From IMG/VR virus record IMGVR_UViG_3300027805_000013: DNA of 20,000 nt. One strand, 5' to 3'. This DNA is from an uncultured virus (IMG/VR IMGVR_UViG_3300027805_000013). Its lineage: Duplodnaviria > Heunggongvirae > Uroviricota > Caudoviricetes. Of the stretch, positions 1 through 7,568 are shown in pieces. The stretch's first letter is position 1. Each line of letters begins with the position of its first letter. The notes beneath the pieces are model-generated. The model saw only the letters and a list, made by a program, of their open reading frames with translations. It was not told the DNA's origin and did no database searches. A program made the translations under genes and the position numbers.

Positions 1-1197
1 GGCAAATGTTTTGTACTCATCCAAGCCCTTTCTAAACATCTCGACCTTATCGGTTTGACCCGCAATCCATGAGGCTACTCGGTTCTCAATGGACGAGAAG
101 TCCACATCCACAAAGACTTGCCCTCTGGGGGCTTTTATAGCACTTCTGACGAGACTTGAGAGTTCATCCATGGTACCCCCTTGCCCACCCTCTAAAACAC
201 GCTCTACGGCTGTTTTAAGGGCATCCTCGTCGATTGTTGGACGGGCTATGTTCTGTAGATTTAAACCGCCCCGAGATGCCCACCGCCCCGTACTGGCCCC
301 GTGGTACACCAAGGTGTTGCGAATGCGCCCACCCACCTGAACATCTAGCATTTTCTCGTACTTGGCAACCGAAGTCTGGGAGCCTTGTTGTCTGAGCCGT
401 AAAACGGCTCGAATTGGCTCAGATAAGTTAGTGTCCGCTAACTTAGCACAAACGTACTCGGCGGTCAAGTTAGCCATGTCCGCCCCCTTGGCGTTAAGCC
501 AGCCTAACAACTTGCCTGTCTCGGTTGCTTTACACCCCGAGATGGCAAGGCTTTCCATATTAATCGATTCTTTACCCGATTCAACCGCATTAATGGCGTT
601 CTTTAATTCGTCTGGATCGACGGGTACGCCACGCTCGTTGATCTTCTGTGTGAGTACCCACACACTTTGCTCGTGTGGTGTGAGTGGCTGTAGGTTACGC
701 ACGATGTCCATTTCGGTACGCACGTCTTGCTTGCAGTATTCATACAACTGGTCAAGCAAAACAGGATCATCCACAAACTGCCCCTTTTTGTTGGGCTTGC
801 ACAGTTTAGTAATGAGTCGTTTGCCAACCGTATCTTTTTGTTGTGCCGTGCCAAGGAATATGGCGGCATCTTCGAGGGCTTGGGGAATGTTATTGGCGGC
901 TGCGATTGCCATGGAGTCAGTCATCTGATCCCATTCAACATCCCAACCCAACACATATTTCATAATGTGGTATTCGAATGCGGCGTTCCATGCCTGAAAT
1001 TGAATGTTCTTTAGATTGGTGGTTATCCAGAGGGGGAGTCCAAGATCTGGAGTCCACAGATGTACCTCTCCACCATTAATTGAATAAGCCATGCAAAGTA
1101 CCTTTGTTGTTCGGCACTTTGCATACTTATCTAAACCGCTTGATGTGATATCAATCGTACTGCGAGTTTCAAAGTCTAAGTTAACTAACTTTTTCAT
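1..1197 (-). CDS. polA: Family A DNA polymerase (phage PolA with 3'-5' exonuclease), truncated by the window edge
   Basis: Missing from the ORF track because it has no stop in the window. Manual translation from ATG 1197 (GGAG upstream) gives MKKLVNLDFETRS (ExoI), GLDKYA, AWNAAFE (ExoII), GASTGRWASRGGLNLQNIAR and motif A VDFSSIENRVASWIA, all in one frame. Confidence 0.95.
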   Translation of the reverse strand, partial: MKKLVNLDFETRSTIDITSSGLDKYAKCRTTKVLCMAYSINGGEVHLWTPDLGLPLWITTNLKNIQFQAWNAAFEYHIMKYVLGWDVEWDQMTDSMAIAAANNIPQALEDAAIFLGTAQQKDTVGKRLITKLCKPNKKGQFVDDPVLLDQLYEYCKQDVRTEMDIVRNLQPLTPHEQSVWVLTQKINERGVPVDPDELKNAINAVESGKESINMESLAISGCKATETGKLLGWLNAKGADMANLTAEYVCAKLADTNLSEPIRAVLRLRQQGSQTSVAKYEKMLDVQVGGRIRNTLVYHGASTGRWASRGGLNLQNIARPTIDEDALKTAVERVLEGGQGGTMDELSSLVRSAIKAPRGQVFVDVDFSSIENRVASWIAGQTDKVEMFRKGLDEYKTFA

Positions 1198-1243
1198 AAA
1201 TGCTCCCAAGGCAAACCGACGAGTCGGTGGTTAATAAAGTACA

Positions 1244-1254
1244 ACTATATCACA
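1244..1254 (-). promoter_or_regulatory. Candidate extended -10 sigma70 promoter upstream of polA
   Basis: Minus strand reads TGTG-A-TATAGT (TGn plus 5/6 match to TATAAT), about 47 nt before the polA ATG. No -35 element is evident. Confidence 0.35.
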
Positions 1255-1261
1255 TTCTCCG

Positions 1262-1303
1262 CCACCGCCACGCTATACTAAAGTTGTATAGATTTAGCGG
1301 TGG
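1262..1303. other. Bipartite inverted repeat / stem-loop between nrdJ and polA
   Basis: CCACCGC (1262-1268) pairs with GCGGTGG (1297-1303). The inner CTATAC (1273-1278) pairs with GTATAG (1286-1291). Confidence 0.5.
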
Positions 1304-1316
1304 GCACTTCCATGGA

Positions 1317-3191
1317 TCAGATCTCACAGGATCCCGCGCTACATGCTAACTGTTGCGCCCCTTCCACATTGTCTGTTACTTCTTTGAACTCGTTCCAGTT
1401 GATCGTTGGGACTTTGGCTTTGAGTTCGTTGTACTCTGCCTCGGTGCACTCTTCGTACGGGGCTTGGCGGTAGGTGCCGCCGTCGTACGGGAGGTACGAG
1501 ACTCCTGAGATTTCGCTGAAGTTTTCCCAGGTCCAGGCTCCGACACTTGGCCAGTCTCTTTCTTCAACGGAAATAGTGACACTGGGTTTGTGCTCACACC
1601 AATGCCGCTGGAACGTAAGCCAGAGCTCAAGATGTTGTATAGGAGTGACATCTGATCGAGTGATTCCGGCGGGTGCTTTTTGAGGAAAGCTAAACACCAC
1701 AGTTTGATCCGGTTTATAAACACATGCTTCATTTGGTATTCCTTGTTCAATTAAGAATTGGGTGAGAGGGTCTTTCTTATCTCCTCTAACTCGGCGGATG
1801 TAATACTTAGAGTGTCGAGGGTGGATTCCAGAAGCGCTATCAACGAGTTGGGAGACGGTTCCGCTTGGCTTGACGCAAGTAATCGCAGCACTCTTAGGTA
1901 TTCCAAGCAATACTGCAAATTCCTCATTGGCTCTTCGAGCCTCCTCTCGCAGTTTGGTAAGTAAGGCATTTAATTTGTCTCCTTCTGTGGTGAGCAATGG
2001 ATTGTCGTAAATTCCTGTAAGCGACACTCCCAGCAGTCTCTCTTCCTCGGTGTTGCGTTGCCACACTTTGCGCAGATACGGAAACTTTGTAAAAGTGGCT
2101 TGGATTGTGCCAAGAATCGAAGCAATTCGTACTTTTCTAAGAAGCGTTTCTTCAGTGTCGTCATGTCTTACCACCGCCTCAGTGAGATTACAAAATTGGT
2201 AGGGACGTAGAATAATTTCACTACATGGATTAGTGCCAAATTCGAAGTTCGGATCACGATGTCCATATTTATCCACCGTCTTTTTTGCCGCTTCACGATT
2301 AAAGATTCCTCGCTCTCCCGAGTGAGAATTATATAAAGAGAGCCACTCCTCCATGAATTTTCCAACCGTAGGAGTCTCGCTATACACCGCACTATTGTTG
2401 GCCAGAGCTCTATGTGGAGCAGTTTCCCACCAAGGACCTGCTTTGGCATGACGAATCCTTTCATCATCAAGATCAGACAACGAGATCATTGCCGAGCGAC
2501 GTACGCCACCCACAACAACTACCTCACCAATTTTGCACATCATATCATGGCATTCTAAACTGTGCAGTTTTCTGCCTTGTGCGTGCTTAAATGTGTTGAC
2601 TACAAAATTAAATAAATCAATTAGTGGTTGCGGCCCTGAAGCTCTTCCACCAAATGTTTTGAGTCTTGCTCCCGCAGGTCTAACTCCGCTGACGTCCCAC
2701 TTAGGGATTTCGCCTGCGTAGAGATTTGCAATGAGTAGGCGGAGTGATTTTGCCCATCCTTCTTTGGAGTCGTGGACGACGATGGTGTGCTCGGAGTCAA
2801 ATAGTTTTTCAGGCACTTCTGGCAGATTGGATATGTATTTAGCCTCCACCGAAAACCCGACTCCTGTACCGCAGAGCAATATGAACATTGCCTCATCAAA
2901 CGATTTGGGGTCATCCACCGGGAGATACGAGCAATTATAGACACAGGTGTTATCACGATCAGCACTCTTTCCTGCCGTCATCATGGCACGCATGGACGGC
3001 ATCAAATCTAGGTTATGGATAGCATCAAAAATTTCATTCTTTAATTCTACATTGTTTTGTATTGCTGGGGTGCGGCTAAAAATGTACTGGACATACCGAT
3101 CTACGGTCTCTGCCCATGTTTCTCTGCGTTGTTTGTCGTCGATAAAACGAGCGTAACGGCTTGCTGCGATATATTCTTGATATTGATCCAT
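1317..3191 (-). CDS. nrdJ: Class II (adenosylcobalamin-dependent) ribonucleotide reductase, monomeric RTPR type
   Basis: 624 aa with YNCS, GTNPCSEI (thiyl-radical Cys), YQFCNL, TCVKPSGT and a C-terminal redox Cys pair ACSAGSCEI. No nrdB-like gene is adjacent. Confidence 0.93.
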   Translation of the reverse strand: MDQYQEYIAASRYARFIDDKQRRETWAETVDRYVQYIFSRTPAIQNNVELKNEIFDAIHNLDLMPSMRAMMTAGKSADRDNTCVYNCSYLPVDDPKSFDEAMFILLCGTGVGFSVEAKYISNLPEVPEKLFDSEHTIVVHDSKEGWAKSLRLLIANLYAGEIPKWDVSGVRPAGARLKTFGGRASGPQPLIDLFNFVVNTFKHAQGRKLHSLECHDMMCKIGEVVVVGGVRRSAMISLSDLDDERIRHAKAGPWWETAPHRALANNSAVYSETPTVGKFMEEWLSLYNSHSGERGIFNREAAKKTVDKYGHRDPNFEFGTNPCSEIILRPYQFCNLTEAVVRHDDTEETLLRKVRIASILGTIQATFTKFPYLRKVWQRNTEEERLLGVSLTGIYDNPLLTTEGDKLNALLTKLREEARRANEEFAVLLGIPKSAAITCVKPSGTVSQLVDSASGIHPRHSKYYIRRVRGDKKDPLTQFLIEQGIPNEACVYKPDQTVVFSFPQKAPAGITRSDVTPIQHLELWLTFQRHWCEHKPSVTISVEERDWPSVGAWTWENFSEISGVSYLPYDGGTYRQAPYEECTEAEYNELKAKVPTINWNEFKEVTDNVEGAQQLACSAGSCEI

Positions 3192-3218
3192 GTGTTTTTT
3201 ATTATAAGAAAGTTGTGG

Positions 3219-3248
3219 AAAAAACGCCCCACCAAACTTCGGTGGGGC
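3219..3248 (-). terminator. Rho-independent terminator downstream of the SSB gene
   Basis: Minus strand GCCCCACC-GAAGTTT-GGTGGGGC followed by GTTTTTT. Confidence 0.8.
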
Positions 3249-3303
3249 TAACGAGGTAATACTAACAAGGAGAAGAGAGATTGAGGCTCTCTCGGGCCGT
3301 GAA

Positions 3304-3822
3304 TTATGATGCGAAGTCTACTGCTGCGGTAATACCACCACCGCCTAAACGCTCACCGTCTTCCAGTTTTTGGACATTACCTAAACCGCAAGCGATGCCT
3401 TTTGAACCTTCCATGTTGTATGGGAAGAATTCAATTGCTGCACGACCATAGCAACCCGAATAGAATTCATCTGGATCGATGATTGTGTTCATGTCTGCAT
3501 CGACAACACCTGGTTTCTTGACAGAATTGGCGTTGATGAAGTAAGAGTTTGCATATGCTGCATCTTCTTTTTCTGCATCGCCATCACGCAAACCGCCCTT
3601 GAGCATCTTTGGTACAGTGCCACCAAAGTAGCCAGCGGAATTTGCCTTTGCCTCTTCAAATGCTTTGTTAATCTTGGCAATGGTTTCTTTGTCAGACTTG
3701 GGGATGATGATTGACACAGAATACTTAGGTGTCTTGCCATCGCCTTTGTCTACTGGAGTAAACACATTAGCGTAAGAGAAACGAACTTTGCCGGTTACAA
3801 CACGAGGATTTTTAGTAGCCAT
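3304..3822 (-). CDS. Single-stranded DNA-binding protein (DUF2815 / APSE gp24-like)
   Basis: 172 aa with VRFSYANVF, PKYSVSIIIPKSD, LRDGD, YSGCYGRA, GIACGLGNVQKLEDGERLGG and a terminal DF. Its position after DUF2800 is typical. Confidence 0.9.
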   Translation of the reverse strand: MATKNPRVVTGKVRFSYANVFTPVDKGDGKTPKYSVSIIIPKSDKETIAKINKAFEEAKANSAGYFGGTVPKMLKGGLRDGDAEKEDAAYANSYFINANSVKKPGVVDADMNTIIDPDEFYSGCYGRAAIEFFPYNMEGSKGIACGLGNVQKLEDGERLGGGGITAAVDFAS

Positions 3823-3872
3823 CTTGCTTTCCTATTAACTTAAATTTGATTGAACTTCAGCGGTGTCAATCT

Positions 3873-4016
3873 CTACCGTACTGTCAAGAGTATACCAAGG
3901 TTTCCGATAGTATACCCAACAAACATTATTGCAGGTCCCGTAGAACCTTTCATAAACTGATCTATTGCTACCCCTAAGTATATCAGAGTTGAAATAATAA
4001 TTAGGGGCGTGCTCAT
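3873..4016 (-). CDS. Small membrane protein (47 aa)
   Basis: Below the ORF-track cutoff. MSTPLIIISTLIYLGVAIDQFMKGSTGPAIMFVGYTIGNLGILLTVR has two hydrophobic segments and an ATGA overlap with the DUF2800 stop. Confidence 0.7.
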   Translation of the reverse strand: MSTPLIIISTLIYLGVAIDQFMKGSTGPAIMFVGYTIGNLGILLTVR

Positions 4017-5146
4017 TTAAAATCCTCTTCCAAAGTAGTGTCTTTTACTAACTTTGGTGAGCCGTCTGGTCTTTCAACCAAACCGCCAAGGATTGATACT
4101 ACTTGCCCCTTTTGACCCAACTTCTCCAATTGGGGAACAGACTTCGGTTTGAGTTCGTACATGTCATCTTTGTTAAAACCTTTTTCTTCCAAGATCTTAA
4201 CAGCCAAATCGTAATCCACAATTTTACGATGCCCTTTAGGTACAACCAATTTAAATCCAGTTGGGATTTTGTTTTCATGAATTGCTTTCTCTGTTGCATA
4301 TGCCTCAACATCATTTGCCCATGATTTTAAATCTTGTGCACGAGATAATACTAAATCAAACTCCTCTTCGGTTAACAGAGGTGCTGGTCTAAAGTCTAAC
4401 GCAGCTATTTCGTTGATGAAGTCCGAGCGCGCTTTGCACGCGGCTTTGGCACGGCAGAACTGGCAGTGCTCTCCGGGGATGAAGTCGCCCGTACCTGCCC
4501 ACGCTTTGCGTGCTTTTTGCTTGACGTAGTAGTTTGCCCAATCGACGAGTTTGGCGATTGTTGTCCCATCCGTACTGATTGAATCGAGACGAGGCTGATA
4601 GATCGTGTACTCGATTGTTTTGATCTCTGGGTACTCTTCTTGGAACTTGCTATAGGTTCCGAGTGCGTAGAGTCTAAGTTGCGTGTTGTCTTTTGCTTGG
4701 ACTGGAACGCCTCTGCCATACTTAAGGTCGATGATGCGAATGGAGTGCTTAGAAAGTATAACCACATCGGCTGTACCAAAACCATCAGGCACCCAATCGC
4801 TGAAGTCCACGCGCTGTTCAAATAGAGGCTTATCATGTTCTCCGACTTGGGAGCGGACATAGAGGACATAGTTGTCAACATGGCTTTCGAGTTCTTGGTT
4901 GTAGTAGGCGTGCTTGTATAGTTCTGCGACTTCTTCATCGTAGTCCTTTTGTGGTATCTGGTTGTAGTGCAAGCGCAATTTGATTTCAGCCAAAGAGTGG
5001 GCTAGTGTTCCTTCAAGGCTAAAATCGAATTGTCCTGGTAACTTTTTAGGTTCTGGTAGGGTTTGCTCGAGACGAGCACTTGGTGTGCATGTTAACCACC
5101 GTTTTGAAGATGATGCTGAGAGTACTGCATGTGTCGTTGTGGACAT
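4013..5146 (-). CDS. Cas4-like PD-(D/E)XK exonuclease (DUF2800)
   Basis: 377 aa with HAVLSASSSKRWLTC, EGTLAH, FGTADVV, IIDLKYGRG, QLRLYALG and C-terminal HCQFCRAKAAC (Fe-S-type cysteines). Confidence 0.9.
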   Translation of the reverse strand: MSTTTHAVLSASSSKRWLTCTPSARLEQTLPEPKKLPGQFDFSLEGTLAHSLAEIKLRLHYNQIPQKDYDEEVAELYKHAYYNQELESHVDNYVLYVRSQVGEHDKPLFEQRVDFSDWVPDGFGTADVVILSKHSIRIIDLKYGRGVPVQAKDNTQLRLYALGTYSKFQEEYPEIKTIEYTIYQPRLDSISTDGTTIAKLVDWANYYVKQKARKAWAGTGDFIPGEHCQFCRAKAACKARSDFINEIAALDFRPAPLLTEEEFDLVLSRAQDLKSWANDVEAYATEKAIHENKIPTGFKLVVPKGHRKIVDYDLAVKILEEKGFNKDDMYELKPKSVPQLEKLGQKGQVVSILGGLVERPDGSPKLVKDTTLEEDFK

Positions 5147-5179
5147 AACTGTTTTCCTTATTAAACTGGTCTCGTATAA

Positions 5180-5196
5180 CTACTTATGCAAACTTT
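5180..5196 (-). promoter_or_regulatory. Conserved intergenic motif, copy 1 (candidate phage promoter)
   Basis: Minus strand AAAGTTTGCATAAGTAG, identical to 6418-6434 and lying upstream of the DUF2800 start. Confidence 0.65.
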
Positions 5197-5246
5197 AACA
5201 GATTTTTATCTGCTTTGCATTTCACAATACGAAATAGTTTTTAAGG

Positions 5247-5633
5247 CTACAGTTTGGTTTCCCGCAACTGTTTGATTAGGCTGGAAACTTCTCCAGCAAA
5301 GTCAATTTGAACTTCTTGCTTGATGTCTTGCTTGATCTCCATGCGTTCTTTGTAGTCGGCTGGGAACTGGGCACGAGTAACCACTTCAAAGAGTCGGGTA
5401 TTGTAGGTGCGGTTATTCAGATTAGCCAAGGCTTCTCTTTCCCACCACGCTTGACTTTCTACAACGGCTCTGTCCATGGCTTCGGCAAACTCTGGCTTTT
5501 CTTTCTTCCAGCGGTCGCCCGTTGTTTTAGAAATGCCTAGAGTGGAATACATAATCTTTTGTGATGCACCAGTCTTTCCTAACTCAATGACGGTGTCGCA
5601 CATCGATGGTTCGTACTTCGTTATCGATTTCAT
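5247..5633 (-). CDS. terS: Terminase small subunit-like HTH protein
   Basis: 128 aa; the pattern TKYEPSMCDTVIELGKTGAS..LGISKTT..RW..EKPEFAEAM..A...SQAWWE resembles phage TerS N-terminal HTH domains. No TerL in the window. Confidence 0.55.
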   Translation of the reverse strand: MKSITKYEPSMCDTVIELGKTGASQKIMYSTLGISKTTGDRWKKEKPEFAEAMDRAVVESQAWWEREALANLNNRTYNTRLFEVVTRAQFPADYKERMEIKQDIKQEVQIDFAGEVSSLIKQLRETKL

Positions 5634-5782
5634 TTTTTAGTTTTTTTGGATGAAAATACCTTTTCAACCATTGATATTCGTTGGGGTTTAGTTGTAACCT
5701 TGCTAACGATTTTTTCTCGTTCTGGTTTCGTTTTACCTTTATCGTAAAACCCAGCCTTTTCTAATGCTTTTTTAGGTATCAT
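5630..5782 (-). CDS. Small lysine-rich protein (50 aa)
   Basis: Manual translation MIPKKALEKAGFYDKGKTKPEREKIVSKVTTKPQRISMVEKVFSSKKTKK, with ATGA overlaps at both ends. Confidence 0.65.
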   Translation of the reverse strand: MIPKKALEKAGFYDKGKTKPEREKIVSKVTTKPQRISMVEKVFSSKKTKK

Positions 5783-5934
5783 TTTGGTTTTTTAGCGGTC
5801 TTTGCAGACTGAATAAATGCGTCCTTAGTTGGGGCACCCTTAGTGCCGGGTTTACGCATCTTCTCGCCGCTACCGGCCTTGATGCGCTCTCTTTTTGCTG
5901 CGATATTGGCATAAAGCCCAGGTTTAGCTGCCAT
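5779..5934 (-). CDS. Small basic conserved phage protein (51 aa, GLYANI-AKR-RI-AGSGEKMRKPG-KGAPT family)
   Basis: Manual translation MAAKPGLYANIAAKRERIKAGSGEKMRKPGTKGAPTKDAFIQSAKTAKKPK. I recognise this as a recurring aquatic-phage protein of unknown function. ATGA overlap with the next gene. Confidence 0.8.
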   Translation of the reverse strand: MAAKPGLYANIAAKRERIKAGSGEKMRKPGTKGAPTKDAFIQSAKTAKKPK

Positions 5935-6046
5935 AAAATAACCCATAAGTTAAGCACCACAGTTCTAATAGTAACTTATATGTTACGAATAGAACTATGG
6001 GTGCGGTTAATAAAAATAAGAGTTGTTGCTTAGAAAACACGTTCAT
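5924..6046 (-). CDS. Small membrane protein (40 aa)
   Basis: Track ORF 5924..6127; the likelier start is ATG 6046 (MNVFSKQQLLFLLTAPIVLFVTYKLLLELWCLTYGLFYGS), which avoids overlap with the upstream gene. Confidence 0.55.
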   Translation of the reverse strand: MNVFSKQQLLFLLTAPIVLFVTYKLLLELWCLTYGLFYGS

Positions 6047-6083
6047 AAAGTCGGCACTTATTAATAAATACCGACAATTTGTA

Positions 6084-6341
6084 TCAGAATACAGCAGTAA
6101 TTCTATTGAAACGCTTAACACCATCAACGAGTTGTGCCTCGATTGTGCTGCTGATGAATTTGTTCATTTCAATGGCGTTGTCAATGATTTCGTGCATCGA
6201 TGGGAACTGGGGTGCTTTCTCAAGCAACTTTTTACCAGCTTCGTCTGCTACTTCCCAGGCCTTTAACTGGGCGTTATACTGCTCGGTCAAAAACTCCTTG
6301 GAAGTCTTGAGTAAGTCATAGCGTAATTCAAATGGATTCAT
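6084..6341 (-). CDS. Conserved hypothetical phage protein (NPFELRYDLLK...FPS..EII..A family)
   Basis: 85 aa, AAGG upstream, first gene downstream of motif copy 2. Confidence 0.75.
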   Translation of the reverse strand: MNPFELRYDLLKTSKEFLTEQYNAQLKAWEVADEAGKKLLEKAPQFPSMHEIIDNAIEMNKFISSTIEAQLVDGVKRFNRITAVF

Positions 6342-6417
6342 GGTATTGCCTTTCTGTGTTTGTGTATGTGAATAGAGGGTTCAGAGCGTTTCCCAACGAG
6401 TCTTACTGTCTCTATAT

Positions 6418-6434
6418 CTACTTATGCAAACTTT
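6418..6434 (-). promoter_or_regulatory. Conserved intergenic motif, copy 2 (candidate phage promoter)
   Basis: Minus strand AAAGTTTGCATAAGTAG in the gap between 6449..6685 and 6084..6341. Confidence 0.65.
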
Positions 6435-6448
6435 TAGCCGTTTTCGCC

Positions 6449-6685
6449 CTACTTATCGTCCACAATGATCTTTTTAGTGGGCGGAGTTTCCATGGCTTTT
6501 CTCAGATGTGGCAAGACATCGTTTAGGATGTTTTGGGTCATGGCTAGTGCCAGTTCCCGATCCGCCATTTCTTTTTGCTCAGTATCTTGTTTGGCTTTGT
6601 TTTCTACAGCCTTTTCAATTTGTTTAGAAATGTCCGCAGAAAACCCTTTGCTTCGTAAAAGGTTTCTTAAAAATTTATCACTCAT
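6449..6685 (-). CDS. Hypothetical protein
   Basis: 78-aa helical ORF overlapping the upstream gene by 8 nt in a packed minus-strand operon. Confidence 0.7.
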   Translation of the reverse strand: MSDKFLRNLLRSKGFSADISKQIEKAVENKAKQDTEQKEMADRELALAMTQNILNDVLPHLRKAMETPPTKKIIVDDK

Positions 6686-6899
6686 TTTTAGTTGCCTGTG
6701 AAACAGTTTCTAAATCTTTTTTGGCCTTTTCTACTTGTGGTCCAGCTTGATTTTGAAGGGTGTTAATAAAATAAACTGCCGTAGTAGTTGGCATTTGATG
6801 TGGTGTGTTTAAGCAATTTAACAGCACATTGATATCTTTTACGGACAATTCAATAGTGACTACAAAATCATCTAACATTTCTTTTACATTTTCAGACAT
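6678..6899 (-). CDS. Hypothetical protein
   Basis: 73-aa ORF with 8-nt overlaps at both ends. Confidence 0.7.
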   Translation of the reverse strand: MSENVKEMLDDFVVTIELSVKDINVLLNCLNTPHQMPTTTAVYFINTLQNQAGPQVEKAKKDLETVSQATKNE

Positions 6900-7173
6900 T
6901 TCGGCTCCAATTATATTCGTCTAGTTGAAAATACTTCTTATAAACATCTCGCAAATGCCAACATCGTAAATCTAACATTTGCTTGACTCCTTCCATCGCA
7001 TTCCACAATTCATCCTCCGTCATTTTTTCTGGAGCATCCATGTAGCGTGCAATTAACATATCCAAGTCTTCGGTAGTTCCCCAGACTTGCATAATGGCTT
7101 GATCAATATCACTCTGCGTTTTTCCGAACGGATTTTCGCTTTTTTCTTGGTTTATCTTCTTCATGTGTGTCAT
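6892..7173 (-). CDS. Hypothetical protein
   Basis: 93-aa ORF (IMQVWGTTEDLDML...MTEDELWNAMEG); the start may be 7164. Confidence 0.7.
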   Translation of the reverse strand: MTHMKKINQEKSENPFGKTQSDIDQAIMQVWGTTEDLDMLIARYMDAPEKMTEDELWNAMEGVKQMLDLRCWHLRDVYKKYFQLDEYNWSRNV

Positions 7174-7381
7174 CCCTTATGGCATCAAATAAAACTTGAA
7201 AATTTAGTTGAAAACTAGAATCGTGTTCTTCTAGTTGGCGCAATACATGAAAGAGAGCTGCTTGCACTTTCTTTTCATCCATTTCCAAACACGATGTGGT
7301 TAGCGAATCGACAATCGCTACAACTCCTTCTAAATTAATTAAAACAGATTCTAGATTAGATAATTCACTATAGTACTTCAT
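7109..7381 (-). CDS. Hypothetical protein
   Basis: 90-aa helical ORF in the packed operon. Confidence 0.65.
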   Translation of the reverse strand: MKYYSELSNLESVLINLEGVVAIVDSLTTSCLEMDEKKVQAALFHVLRQLEEHDSSFQLNFQVLFDAIRDDTHEEDKPRKKRKSVRKNAE

Positions 7382-7568
7382 GATTTTTTCTACCTCTTAA
7401 TTTGTGTAGTTCCGAAATGGTTACGGTTGCCTCTTGCAGTGAGTCGCACACCCAAATGCCTAGGATGTCACTAAACTGTGAGGTATCTAGATCTTCCACA
7501 CCGGGCACCAATGCAATGTGATACGATCCCTGTCCTTGTGGTCTGTGTTCAACAACAAAAGTAGTCAT
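7368..7568 (-). CDS. Hypothetical protein
   Basis: Track ORF 7368..7622; the likelier start is ATG 7568 (MTTFVVEHRPQ), which forms an ATGA overlap with the upstream stop. Confidence 0.65.
   Translation of the reverse strand: MTTFVVEHRPQGQGSYHIALVPGVEDLDTSQFSDILGIWVCDSLQEATVTISELHKLRGRKNHEVL

Noticed and set aside
89..1014. Plus-strand ORFs 89..340, 362..928 and 727..1014, and minus 603..869
   Set aside because: They overlap the polA frame, which carries all the expected polymerase motifs. They show no recognisable domains and look like shadow ORFs.
1240..1256. ACAACTATATCACATT as an NrdR box
   Set aside because: The right half does not fit the palindromic consensus, there is a single copy, and it lies downstream of nrdJ.
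1376..2965. Chain of abutting alternative-frame ORFs inside nrdJ
   Set aside because: The translations are not protein-like and I found no convincing RBSs. They are explainable by nrdJ codon bias.
4405..4938. 177-aa alternative-frame ORF in DUF2800 (also 7932..8432 in SNF2)
   Set aside because: The Ser/Thr-rich low-complexity translation is typical of a shifted frame over C/G-ending codons. No domain is recognisable.
4013..5146. Cas4-like gene as evidence of a CRISPR-Cas system
   Set aside because: DUF2800 next to DUF2815 and polA is a standard phage replication/recombination module. There is no array and no other cas genes.
6425..6440. Repeated motif as a sigma54 -24/-12 promoter
   Set aside because: Only copy 2 has GG-N10-GC (CGGCTAAAAGTTTGCA). 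Copy 3 has the wrong spacing and copy 1 lacks the GG.
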